A stretch of DNA of 63,552 nucleotides, filler included, from Diploschistes diacapsis (GCA_023645945.1; 14 parts of 14 records of this genome joined end to end with filler, not necessarily neighbours in it); one strand, 5' to 3'; numbered from the whole stretch's first letter, positions 24,566 through 36,299 are shown. Notes: generated from the letters alone by a model not told the origin. Numbers and translations: made by a program.

Positions 24566-25239
24566 GGATCGTTCTAAAGTTTCAATCATAAAAAATAATT
24601 TAGAAGCGATAAGCTAGTTTCTTTTTTATATTTAATATTTAATCTTTCTCGGGAATCTTTATTTCGATTATAAATACCGTGAATTGAACTAAAAATTCGT
24701 TAAATTCGTTATTATCTTATTATAACTTCCGATAATTATTTTTAACGATTAACCGAGCATTCTTATTTATTTATCGATTATTTAATCGTTTAAATAATAT
24801 TTCGAGAAAAATAACTCGATTAATCGAATCTTTATTTATAAAAACTTTTACGTAATTAAAGACTATACCCTTAAAACGAAAAATTATATACGTTATCTTA
24901 TCGTCGATTCCGTTGAATCTATTTTCGTTTCTTTTTAGCTTATCTTTAATTAAACGACGCTATTATTTATAATTAAGGCCCTCTTTAATGTCCGTTAAGA
25001 ATTTAAGTAGATTTAATAGTTTATATAATAAAAAACGTTCTTCGTTATTAATCTCGATAGGCTCTCGTCGGTTCCGAAGTTCTTCGATCATTATTTATAG
25101 ATCGATGATTTCGTCGGTTAAGCGAGCTCGGATAATTTATTCTTTATTTAGTAATTATTTTAGCTCGTTTCTTTTAACTAAATCTTTCTCGAATTACTAT
25201 TAAAATTATTAAATTTTCAATCGTTCTATTGATTCGTTT
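24566..25239 (-). mobile_element. RIP-degraded transposon-derived relic, homologous to 30431-31020
   Basis: Collinear similarity of 24841-25239 with 30431-30672 plus 30870-31020; AT-rich, CpG-retaining composition. Confidence 0.6.
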
Positions 25240-25339
25240 NNNNNNNNNNNNNNNNNNNNNNNNNNNNNNNNNNNNNNNNNNNNTTAATTAATTAANNNNN
25301 NNNNNNNNNNNNNNNNNNNNNNNNNNNNNNNNNNNNNNN

Positions 25340-26078
25340 CTCCGGAAACCGCGCAATGACGGCCATCGCCACCGACAAAGCGAGCGGCAGCCCGCCACGC
25401 CACCTGGCTCTCCGCAAACGACAGGCCCAGATTAATCCACGCTTGAGCCGCCAGCCCCGCGCTGATGAACAGGCCCTCGAACAGCACCACCGCCGCCCCC
25501 CCGGTGCCCGGCGCCCGCGCACTCGCTCTGCCAGTTCGGCGCCGAAGCCCAGGCCCATGACCAGCCGGCCGCCGCGATCAGCTGCGCGAGCGAGAAGGCC
25601 GAGGCTTGCAGGATGGCGCCGACGACGGTGATGGCGCACCCCGAGCTGGATGGTGCGGATGCGCCCGAGCGTGTCGCCGAGGCGGATGCAGCCGAGGAAG
25701 CAGCCCAGCGTGTCGAGGGCCACGACTGTGCCTTGGAGGCGCGAGGCGGAGGAGGAGGCGCTGGTGCTGAGGGCGGGGAAGGTGGCGAGGAAGGAGGGAG
25801 CCGAGGTTGCCGTTGTTGTAGCCGAAGCTGAGTAGAGGGTGGTGTGGAGTCAGGGGTTGGATGGGCGTGAGTAGCGGTGGTGGAGGAGGGATGGAGGGAA
25901 GGAAGGAAGGAAGGGGAGAGCGGGGAAGGGAGAAGGAGAAAGGCATAGACGGGGACGGCGGAAGGGAAAGGGAAAAGGGGCGGTACAGGGTGTAGGCAGG
26001 CAGTATGACGGCCCAGATCTGCGCGGCGCCGAGCTTCGAGCCGCGCATGTTGAAGAGGAAGGAATGCTGGGCAGCCAT
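25340..26078 (-). pseudogene. MFS sugar-porter family transporter pseudogene (5' part, truncated by contig end)
   Basis: ATG 26078, intron 25828-25986. Motifs LFGYNNG, LQGTVVAL, RLGDTLGRIRTIQLG, GAILQASAFSLAQLI, GRLVMGLGFG, PNWQSEC, EGLFISAG, AWINLG and VAWR are spread over different frames (at least 4 frameshifts). Confidence 0.8.
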
Positions 26079-27009
26079 GGCGTGCATGGGGGCTCGGTCA
26101 CGACGGCGAGCGCTCGAGGAAGATGGTTGGAGCGGCGTAGGCACCGTAGGCACAACAACGTGCTGCAGACGCGAGTCACCAAGCAGCCAATGTAGTAGTT
26201 TACTGACTGTCTCAAAGCCTTGTCAAAGGAAATGAAAGCATGCGGGCTGGGTATTTACAGTTCCAAGTCCTTTCACGCTCGCACCTCCTCACATCTTTTT
26301 CCATCCTGAAGCCCTCCCAGTTTACCTTGCAAGCCTGATAGAAACGCTCATTAGTCCAAATCTCTGCTGGGATGATATCCATGAAGGAAATGACGCAGCG
26401 AGATTCCGGGATTCTATTCTTGCGCTGCGCAGCGGCGGGAGAATGTTCCGTGGAAAAAAACGTATTGCAAAGGGTCAACGTTTACGATCGATGACACCGA
26501 TTGACTTCATGACTGGGGGGATCTCTCGTACCGTACCTGACGATCCATGGCGCTTTGCGGTTGCGAGGAAAGCTACCTCATGGACTCTTTGATTGTGGTA
26601 ATGGTTTGTAGGAAAATGTTCTTTTGTTTCTCTGATTGTTGTTTGTATGATAGATGCTTTTTTGAACTGTATTCTTGAGCGTTACACAAGATTATACAAC
26701 TTGCCGAATACCAGGACCTTGAAAAGGCACAAGTGCGGCTCCCTAAGCAAGAGGCCCAGGAGGAGAAGAGCCTGCAGAGTCAAAGACGTCTCCATAAACA
26801 CCATCGAACCGAGACCAAAATGGCTACAATGCAGCTCGCCAAGTGGGCCACCTCCATTCCCCCCTCTCTCCNNNNNNNNNNNNNNNNNNNNNNNNNNNNN
26901 NNNNNNNNNNNNNNNTTAATTAATTAANNNNNNNNNNNNNNNNNNNNNNNNNNNNNNNNNNNNNNNNNNNNTATCCCGTTCATAATTAATATATATTCGA
27001 TTATAGTTA

Positions 27010-27800
27010 ACGTGTTTCACGGGGACTCCGGCCACCCACAGATTCCGGCCACCTCAAATCACTATCGCCAATATTCTACGGTTTTTAGATACAATCTATT
27101 CGTCGTAATTAGAATCTAATCGATCTAAATTGAATCTATCTTTCTTTTCTCCATCCTCCTCGATTTTAAAAACGCGATGACGTTTTTTACGCGTTATAAA
27201 TCGTTTCGAAACTATCCGACTCAATTTAACTCGAATTATTATTTTAAAAATTTTGTTTATATTAAATATAAAACGATTTTTTAATTCGATTCGTTTATTT
27301 AATTTACGTTTTTTACGATTATTAAGAAACGTTTTTTGTTCTCGATTCTCTTTTCGAAACGTTATAAATTTAATATACGTCGATTTAAGCATACGGGTTA
27401 TTCGAGTCGAATAACGTTAAATCGGATTAATTAAATATTTTATTAATCTTTCGTAGTTCGATCGCATTTAATAAAAAATTATATAATAAAAATAAATCTA
27501 AATCGATTCGATTCGAGATTGAAAAAATATTAAAAAATAAAAATAAAAAAGTCCGATAAATCGAAAAGAGTTTATTAAGCACGGTTATAAAATTAATAAA
27601 TTATAAATCTAATATTTATAAAACTTATTTAAGCGTTTCGACTCGAAACAGTTCGATTCCGAATTATTAAAAATAATTCGATTTGTTCCGAGCGTATCAT
27701 ACGTAATTTATTTAATTGATCCGTCTTTTGCGTTAACGCGTTTTTAACGACGAAAACATTGCGATATCGAATGATTAAAAAAGATAAGAATTATATAATA
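27010..27800 (-). mobile_element. RIP-degraded pogo/Fot1-type transposon end (TIR family ACGTGTTTCACGGGG)
   Basis: TA|ACGTGTTTCACGGGGACTCCGGCCACCCACAGATTCCGGCCAC TIR, also at 59916, 60059 and 61268. Followed by a Lys/Arg-rich transposase-like C-terminal relic on the minus strand. Inner boundary approximate. Confidence 0.7.
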
Positions 27801-28181
27801 ATATTATTATTAAATCGATTCGATTAAATTATTATTAATATTAAAATTTAATTCGTTTATATTATAAATATATTCGGGCTCGTATTATTTTTTATTATAT
27901 TAAAATATTATTATATCGAATTACCGTTATATAATCTTGTAACTTATCGTATTAAATTTATTTAACTCGATTTATCTCGTTTAAATATTAATAATTTTAG
28001 GAAATCGTTTGCGAAATCGCGATATTTAATTCTTACCGATAGATTAAAAATTCGCGATTAAAACTTTTAAATTCGAACTTAATCGAATTCTTTCGCGTCG
28101 AATCTTTTCGATTATTTCCACCATTAACGCAGGCGATATAAGAAAGTTAGTTTATATAAGACGTGTAATCCATCGTATTAA

Positions 28182-28364
28182 TGTGGTAGTCGTTGGGCTG
28201 GTGGTGGATCGCTTGGGATTGTAGCTAGGGCAGGTGGTGCCGACCTCGCTGCATCTATGACGATGCCGCTTGGCATCTGCTGTATATAAGTAGATTTTGC
28301 TTCAGCTTAGCTACAAATCTATACTCACTTCTCCCACTAGATTTCATAAGGCATTTGCATGCCA
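28182..28364 (+). mobile_element. Solo LTR (183 bp) with 5-bp TSD ATTAA
   Basis: TGTGGTAGT...TGCCA flanked by ATTAA at 28177-28181 and 28365-28369; internal TATATAAG; related copy inverted at 30673-30869. Confidence 0.85.
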
Positions 28365-28603
28365 ATTAATATCTTTTCTTTTAAATTTAAAAGGATTTAA
28401 ATCGCTTCGTGATTATTAAAGCGAGAATAAGTTTTATCGAGTCGATCTATAATAATCGACCGAGATATTTTAAATACGCGGATTGTTTCTCGAATATTAA
28501 TATNNNNNNNNNNNNNNNNNNNNNNNNNNNNNNNNNNNNNNNNNNNNTTAATTAATTAANNNNNNNNNNNNNNNNNNNNNNNNNNNNNNNNNNNNNNNNN
28601 NNN

Positions 28604-28976
28604 CATTAATTACGACATCAGTTAATTTTTTTAAGCGAATTAAAATAACGACTCGAAAAAGTGGATTTTTGATTCTTTTAAAATCTGCTTTAACCAAGCA
28701 AAAAATATTTTATTTAAATGATCTATTATGAGCGGTTTTATGCGTAGATCTCATTAAAAATATTAAAAAAACATTTTTTCGACGATATATAGTCGTTGTG
28801 TGGCTTTATTCTTCAAATTCCGAAAGATTTTAAATAATTTGGCCATATAACGGCTAGTTTTCGCTTAATCTGAAAATGATGAAAAAGGTCACACAACGAC
28901 ACTATAACGTCAAAAAATTGCTTTTTTTATATTTTTAATAAAATCTACGCATAGAATCGCTTATAAGAGCTCATTT
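28604..28976. mobile_element. Partial copy of foldback MITE (same family as 61268-61925), interrupted by a LINE
   Basis: Collinear with 61427-61818, including the inner inverted arms GTCGTTGTGTG / CACACAACGAC and TATGCGTAGAT / ATCTACGCATA. Confidence 0.8.
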
Positions 28977-30131
28977 GTGGAACACTACAGCGCTGAACTA
29001 ATAGCAAAAATGAAACATATCGCAAAAATCTGCGTGCCACGGAAGAAGACACGGGTGGATTTCTCCAATCCATGGTTCGACAGCGAAGTTAGGAGCCTGA
29101 TAGCGGAAGAAAGATCTGCGTTCCGCCAGCGGGCCAGCCCCGAACAGATCGCGGAGATCCGGCGTGTAAAGGGAAAAGCCATTAAAACAAAAAAAAGAAC
29201 GGCCTTTCGAAAACACGTGGAAGAAGCGGCCGGGGGGACATAAAGAAGTTATAAAAAACCATCGCCTAGACAAAAAAGGCGGGAACGGTACTAACGGGCC
29301 CAATAATATTAGATTTGAAAAAATAAGATAGACACGCACGATCATTCCGGGAGAAAATCGAGGCGTTCGCGGAAAGATTTTATTCGGGATCTATAGTCGA
29401 TATATCAGATATTAAAAATTCGGAAAGATTAGGTTCTCGTCCCGTCGAGATGCCGGAAGAAATCCTAATAACGTTAAAAAAATAAAAAATATTTTACTCG
29501 AGAGTAAATAATATATAACGTCGAGATTCGATAAGTTTCCGATTCCTTTTTTAAAAACGATAAAAGAAAAATAATATATCATCGTGATATCATTAACGAA
29601 CGTTAATTAAAAAACGAATTATTTTACGGAATCATTCCGGACGATAAAAATAATAATCCTATATAAACCGAGGAAGGAACGATACGACGAACCGAAAACA
29701 TAACGCCCGATTATTTTATTTATTGTACTAAATAAGGTAATCGGGCGCTATATTTTCGATTTATTATATCGTTCCTTCCCCGGTTTACGTAAGATTATTA
29801 TTTTTATCGTCCGGAATGATTCCGTAAAGTAATTCGTGCTTTAATAAACGTTCGTTAACGATATTACGACGATATATTATCTTTTTTTTATCGTTTTTAA
29901 AAAAAGAATCGGAAACTTATCGAATCCCGACGTCGTATATTATTTAATTTCGAACAAAATGTTTTTTATTTTTTTTAACGTTATTAAGGTATCTTCCGGT
30001 ATATCGACGGAACGAAAGCGTAATTTTTTCGAATCTTTAATATCTAATATATCGATTATAGACCTTAAATAAAACCTTTCCGCGAACGTTTCGGCCTTCT
30101 CCCGGAATAATCGTACGTATTTATCTTATTT
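28977..30131 (+). mobile_element. Non-LTR retrotransposon (LINE, Tad1-like) ORF2 fragment folded back as an inverted duplication
   Basis: Intact linker peptide ...KICVPRKK...NPWFDSEVRSLI...KKRTAFRKHVEEA, then RIP-damaged RT N-terminus (FDKFPIPFLK, KPRKERYDEPKT*RPIILFIVLNKV). 29738-30131 is the reverse complement of 29321-29713. Confidence 0.85.
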
Positions 30132-30231
30132 NNNNNNNNNNNNNNNNNNNNNNNNNNNNNNNNNNNNNNNNNNNNTTAATTAATTAANNNNNNNNNNNNN
30201 NNNNNNNNNNNNNNNNNNNNNNNNNNNNNNN

Positions 30232-30430
30232 ACTTATTATATTATAATAAAAACACGGATACGGATATTATAATAAAAGTTTTCTCGGTACGAATATTAA
30301 TACGGATATTGTATTATAATGAAAGTACGGACACGGACATCGCAGCTAAAGAATCTAAAATATTAATACTGACATTGCAGTATCCGTGTCACGGATATCG
30401 GTAGTGTTAGTGTTAATAACGGCCAGTCTA
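30232..30430 (-). mobile_element. hAT-like transposon end with subterminal hexamer repeats
   Basis: Terminus reads TAGACTGGCCG on the minus strand; multiple ACGGAC/ACGGAT/ACTGAC repeats; homologous to 60399-60653. Confidence 0.6.
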
Positions 30431-30672
30431 ATAAAGATTTTTACGTAATTAAACGCTAATTCTTTAAAACGAGAGATTATGTACGTTATTTAATCGTCGA
30501 TTTCGTTAAATCGGTTATCTTTTATCTTTAGTCTATTCTTAATAAAGCGACGTTATTGTTAATAATTAAAATCTTTTCGGATATCTATCAAAAATTAAAA
30601 TTAATTTAAAATTTATAAAAATAGAAATGTTTTTAGTTATTAATTTCCGTAATTAGATTCGTAAGCTTTCGT

Positions 30673-30869
30673 TGATTGTAAAGTTCTTGGCAAAGAAACT
30701 TAGTGAGAGAAGTGAGTATGGATTCGTAGCTAATCTGGAGCAAAATCTACTTATATACAGTAGATGCCAAGCACCATCGTCATAGATGATGCCTCGGCAG
30801 CGAGGTCGGCACCACCTGCCAGCAGCAGCAATCCCAAGCGATCCACCAGCAAGCCCAGCAACTACCACA
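30673..30869 (-). mobile_element. LTR of the same family as 28182-28364, inserted in an older RIP-degraded element
   Basis: Reverse complement starts TGTGGTAGTTGCTGGGC and shares GGCAGGTGGTGCCGACCTCGCTGC and TGTATATAAGTAGATTTTGCT. No clean TSD seen; left end approximate. Confidence 0.8.
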
Positions 30870-31859
30870 GTTCTTCGACCATTATTCGTAAATCGATATT
30901 TTCGTTAATTAAACGGGCCCGGGTCTTTTATTTTTTATTTAATAATTATTTTAGTTCGTTTCGTTTAATTAAATCTTTCTTGAATTATTATTAGAACCGT
31001 TAAATCTTTCGTTCGTTTCGTTAATTTATTTTTCGACCGCTGTTACGTAAATATGTATTGATTTAATAAGTTCTATTAATTTTTTTTAATTCGATAATAG
31101 ATTTTTTTTATTCGTTTTTACGATTATAGCTTTATTACGTTCTTAATAACGTTGTTTTAATTAATCTATTCTTTTATCGGGTCTTTAAACGAAAACATTT
31201 TTCGTTTAGATTCGTCGCGGGGGTCTTTTCTAGATTGTTCCCCGTATTAGTTCTTCGTTGGTATTAAATCTTTCGAAAGTTTTTAATATTGATAATTACC
31301 GTAACGCGGGACATTTTATGGATTATTTTTTAATTAACGATTTATTTATTGAATTGTATTTTTTAATCGATAGGATCTCGATAGATTTTTTAAAAGAAAA
31401 AAATGTTATCGATTTTCTTTTTCTTGGATTCTTTTTACCAGCGGGGGTTATTATTTATAATAATTCGGTAAATAATATTTTCGAGTTCGGTTATCGTAAA
31501 CTCACTCGAATATTTAGTTGGATTAACGTTTTAAACTCTCGTCACGAATATGAAGATAAAAAAAACTTTCGAATATGAAACGTTAACGCAAGAATGGGAT
31601 ATTATCTTATCGAAAGTGAAATCTGATCCGGAAGAATTACATGTAGTTAAATATCTATAAATAAAATATCTCGATTTGAAAAGCTAGAAAAGAAATTCTT
31701 TAAATAAAAGGATGGCATAAATAAATAATGTGGGTATCAGTCCTATCGGGGTTCGGTTANNNNNNNNNNNNNNNNNNNNNNNNNNNNNNNNNNNNNNNNN
31801 NNNTTAATTAATTAANNNNNNNNNNNNNNNNNNNNNNNNNNNNNNNNNNNNNNNNNNNN

Positions 31860-32564
31860 AAATAGGATAATTAATTAACGATAATCAATATCTTGTTATT
31901 AATTTCGAAAGTATTTGCGATATTTTATAAAAGTTTTATCGATTAAATTTCGAAAAAATGAAATTTTTATAACTAATAACGCCTAAAGATAGACCGTTTA
32001 CGCCAATAAAAATTATAAACGGGAACGAGTTTTTAAAATAAGGCGGTATCGATTATCACGACGATTACGTTCTTTTATAAAATTAAAAAATATGTTTAGT
32101 TAAGAACGCCGTCGAAAAGGATTTAAGGATAAAGGAACCGTAATTATAAAAGAATAATAGGTATCTTTTTAAAAAATGGAATAAAAGGGTAGAAATCGAG
32201 GTATAATATGACTAAAAAGGAACATCGCGTTTATAAAAGACATAAATATTTAAAAAAAAGAATAATAAAATAGATCAGCCTAAACGCCTGCTAAACCGCC
32301 GGGGTCATATAACGGCAGGATCATATAACGGGAGCCAACCGTACTAAAAATGTTAAAAGGTAACTATATAGGCGGGTAAAACCCGAACCCCGTAGGACTG
32401 GTATTTACACACCATTTATTCCTGCCGCCCTCTCATTTAGATAATTTCTTCTTTAGCTTTTCGAATCGAGACCTTTTACCTGCAGATGCCCAGCTACAAG
32501 TAATACTTCCGGATCAGGCCCAGCCCTCGGTAGTATAGTATCCCATTCCTGCGCTGGCGTTTCA
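31860..32564 (+). mobile_element. Second chromovirus 3' end with LTR ~32266-32564
   Basis: Collinear with 23800-24565; LTR 3' half (TTTTCGAATCGAGACCTTTTACCTG...CCTGCGCTGGCGTTTCA) nearly identical to the first copy. Confidence 0.85.
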
Positions 32565-32810
32565 TGAAGTATCTTTTCGACGTATGTTTTTTAATCTAAA
32601 TCAGTTCAGCTGGACTTATTAAACCTAAACTACACTATCGCTGAACTCTTATTTCTAAAAGCTTTTTCATCTTTTCCAAATCCTTAACCTTATAGCGTTC
32701 AATCAATGCTTTCTTAAACTAATATACATCACGTAGCTCCGGCGTTGCTATAATAAATCGTTCACGTAAAAATTAATTAATAACTTTCGATCTCGGAGAA
32801 TAAAGACGTA
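32565..32810 (-). mobile_element. Ty1/copia reverse-transcriptase relic
   Basis: Minus strand gives YVND / IIATPELRDVY*FKKALIERYKVKDLEKMKKLLEIRVQR, matching the copia YVDD...KDLG...LLGI motif. Confidence 0.75.
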
Positions 32811-32812
32811 TA

Positions 32813-33387
32813 ACGTATATGCATAGCGAGCGGATACCCTTCTCGATTCATACGAGTTATAATTATATTTACGTAATCAATTCGTACGATAATTTATTAT
32901 ATTAATTATTAATATCTTCCTCAGAAGCTATAGATTCTATTTCGCAAATTCGCGCATTATACTCGGATTTATTATACTTACTATAGCGTCGTACGCGTAA
33001 TCCGACCTCTTTCGTACGACCTTTATTTTTAAACATATCAGCTTTTTTTATACGAATTTCGACCTTTAAAAACTATAATACGATTATTTTTAATACGTTA
33101 AATAATCCTTTAACTCGTACGCGCGTTTTTTTAGCCCTTCTTCGTTTATTAAATACCTTATTCGCCGTACGAAGTATCTTAATCTCGATTTTAAAAATTA
33201 TTATTTAACGCATAATCGTCCGCGTAGATAACTTAAATAATAAAAACCTATTTTCGATTACCGGATTACTTCGTACGAGATCTATTTTTACGATTTAAAG
33301 TAATTACGATCTTTATATAACTTAATGTTTTTATAAAAAAAACCGATTTCGTGAAAATTATAAATATTAAAATCGAAAATATTATAT
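32813..33387 (-). mobile_element. RIP-degraded Fot1/pogo-type transposon, 3' end
   Basis: TA|ACGTATATGCATAGCGAGCGG TIR. Relics RTANKVFNKRRRAKKTRV and RRYSKYNKSEYNARIC (CCHC knuckle with Cys/His>Tyr transitions). Confidence 0.8.
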
Positions 33388-33569
33388 NNNNNNNNNNNNN
33401 NNNNNNNNNNNNNNNNNNNNNNNNNNNNNNNTTAATTAATTAANNNNNNNNNNNNNNNNNNNNNNNNNNNNNNNNNNNNNNNNNNNNATTAAATATTAAT
33501 ATTATAAATAATTATTAAAAGAGTGACCCGCTTATATATAAAAATTTTTTTTAATCGAATGAATTTAAT

Positions 33570-34200
33570 ATTAATTTAATCGAATTTTCGATAATTATCG
33601 AAGAAAATCGAGTTATTTTAACGATAGATATAGTTGAATCTTAATTATTATCGAAGATGGAATAAATTTAGCGGCAGAAATAGCGTTTCGGTTTCATTTC
33701 GAAATTAACGAGATATCGATTAGGTTTAGCGATGGTAGAGCTAAATATCGATGTTAACGAAGAGATCGATAGGGTTCAGCGTAGATTCAGCTGAATTTCG
33801 ACAATTAATAAGGTTCTCGATTAGATCCAACAGCGTAGATAGCGATTTGGCTGGATGTTGAAGAATAACGAGGGATTCGATTGGATTCAATAATATAAAT
33901 AACGGTGTTGTTAGATGTCGAAGATTGACGAGATGATCGAGAAGGTTTAGCGTGGTTTAGTTGAATGTCGATTATTGTTGGAGATATCGAGATGATTCAG
34001 CGTAGATTAGCTGATTTCTCGATAATGAACAAGGTCGAAAGAGTTTAATAGCGAAAATAGCGATTCTACTAGATTTCGAGGATTGACAAGAGATCCCATT
34101 AGGTTCAGCAGAGAAGGTAACGGCTCTACTAGATATCGAAGGTTGTTAAAGTGATCGATAAGATTCAGCGTATATTCAGCTAAACTTCGATATTGTCGAG
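33570..34200. repeat. Degenerate array of ~50-60-bp palindromic units (homologue at ~62850-63440)
   Basis: About a dozen recurrences of GCTGAA/GCTGGA-N-TCGA...TCGA...TTCAGC; unique flank 34181-34310 matches 63421-63552. Confidence 0.7.
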
Positions 34201-35649
34201 AGAAGAAGGAGGTCGGAGGTTTTTTTTGGCCTATGTAAACGAATCTGGATCTAAATATTTCTTATTTAGGCCTACTTTTGGTCAGCGTAATAAAATCCCG
34301 CGATCTTTTATAATAATATATCTTTTATTTTTGAATTTATTTACCCTAGGGTTTTATAATTCAGATCTTAGATTTTCGGATCTCTTCGATTTAGATTTTT
34401 TAAATAAGGTCAGCGTATTCGGTCCCGCGTTCGTAATCTTTTTAACTGTTAAAAAGACTTATTTTTAATATCTTGATAATACGAGGTGGTTCAAGTAAAT
34501 TAACCCGGACTTATAATTTATTTAATAACGTAATAAATATATTAAAGTTTAAAAATCTTATCTTATAAATATATCTTATTAAACAGACTTTTATACCCTA
34601 CGGGATCCGTTAAGCCTTATTACCAACATTACTTTCGATCGGTTTAGTCAGGGTTTTAAAAAATTTAGCTAAATTGAACATCGGAGTTCAGCTAAACTGA
34701 ACCCCCGATTAGAATTTAATTGAACTTCCAGCCATGCTTTCTATTTATCTGGTTAATATTCTTTTATAGGCGGAATCGTTTAATATATTAATATAATTCA
34801 ATTAAATATCTTTTAAATTAAATCGAGTTCCTTAATAAAGACGTCGTGTTTTAAATAATTTAATAATTTCGTAAGTCCGTTAATAATCATTTTATCGATA
34901 AGAACATAAGATACCTTAATACGTCCTTACTTGACAAGATCTCGTACGTAATAATAAATAATATTAACGTGTTTTAAACGATCGTTGATTTTCGCGTGTT
35001 TTATTAGATTTAAAGNNNNNNNNNNNNNNNNNNNNNNNNNNNNNNNNNNNNNNNNNNNNTTAATTAATTAANNNNNNNNNNNNNNNNNNNNNNNNNNNNN
35101 NNNNNNNNNNNNNNNGATCTATAACATAGATTAAAGAAATAAAAATTAAAAGATAAAAAAATAAAATACAAAAATATTATAAACAAGATAAAGATATTAT
35201 AATAAAACTAATATTTAAATAAAAACATTATTAATTTAATAAATATCTAATTTATAAATAATTAACGTCGATATTAAAGTTCATTTATATTATAATTAGC
35301 TACTAACGAATCTTAAAATATACATATAAGAACGAGAATAAACTCGACCTATATAAAAGATCGAGATAATAACGATATAAATCGAGTTAACCATCTAATC
35401 TATTTTAATAAATAAAAAAAAGACCATAAAAATGGCTCTAGAAGACTAAAGCAAGAAAAGAAAAAATAATTATAAAATTAAATAAAAAGTATGCTAATAG
35501 TCGGACAAGCGGTACTCAGGATCTTAGCTTACGGGTACTTGAAGGGGGATATTGCCCTTCTTACTCTCTCCTCTTCTTTAGTAATTAGTCCTAGCATGAA
35601 TATGCCCTGCGTACAGCCATCTTGCCACATTGTCGTATTCCACCCTTTA

Positions 35650-35935
35650 CATATTCGATATTTTCTTTTTAACGTTCGTATTCGTATAATTCTATTTAAT
35701 ATATTTATTCTTATTCGATCCTCTTTTTCTCGTGTTCGTATTCGCGTAATCTTAATTAATCTATCTAATTTCTATCCGGGACCGAATAATTCGAGCTATT
35801 CGGTACCGGACGGAAATTAAATAAATTAATCAGAATTACGCGAATACGAACACGAAAAAAAGGAAATCGAATACGAATAAATAATTTAAATAAGATAATA
35901 CGAATACGAACGGTAAAGAACAGGGATCGAATACG
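35650..35935. repeat. Loop-less inverted repeat (~143-bp arms) centred at 35792/35793
   Basis: Centre ACCGAATAATTCGAGCTATTCGGT; mirrored ORFs 35491..35820(+) and 35765..36040(-) give near-identical peptides. Confidence 0.92.
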
Positions 35936-36299
35936 AGTTTTAAGGAAAAACAACAAAAAACAAATGAATAAAAGAACCAATATTATCGGAACGAAAGAAC
36001 CAAAAAATAAGAAAAAAAAAAAAAAAGGGAAGAACAACAAAAGAATGAGGCGGATATAAAGAGCAAAGAAAGAAAATTTGGTGCATTATTGAAGCCAGAG
36101 GCTTTACAGCAAAAAGGATAAAAGAAAATATAATGTTATAATTCTAAAAAAGAATCAAAAGAATATAAAGAAAAGATAATAAAATAACGTAAAAAGTTAA
36201 ATTATTCACGAATTATCGCGTCTTTCTTTCTCTCGTAATTAGTTTATAATTCCTTTCAAACATTAGCAATATTAAGGACCCTTAAGGTGCTTTATTTAA

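Noticed and set aside
35491..36040. Two similar ORFs on opposite strands
   Set aside because: By-product of the DNA palindrome, not genes.
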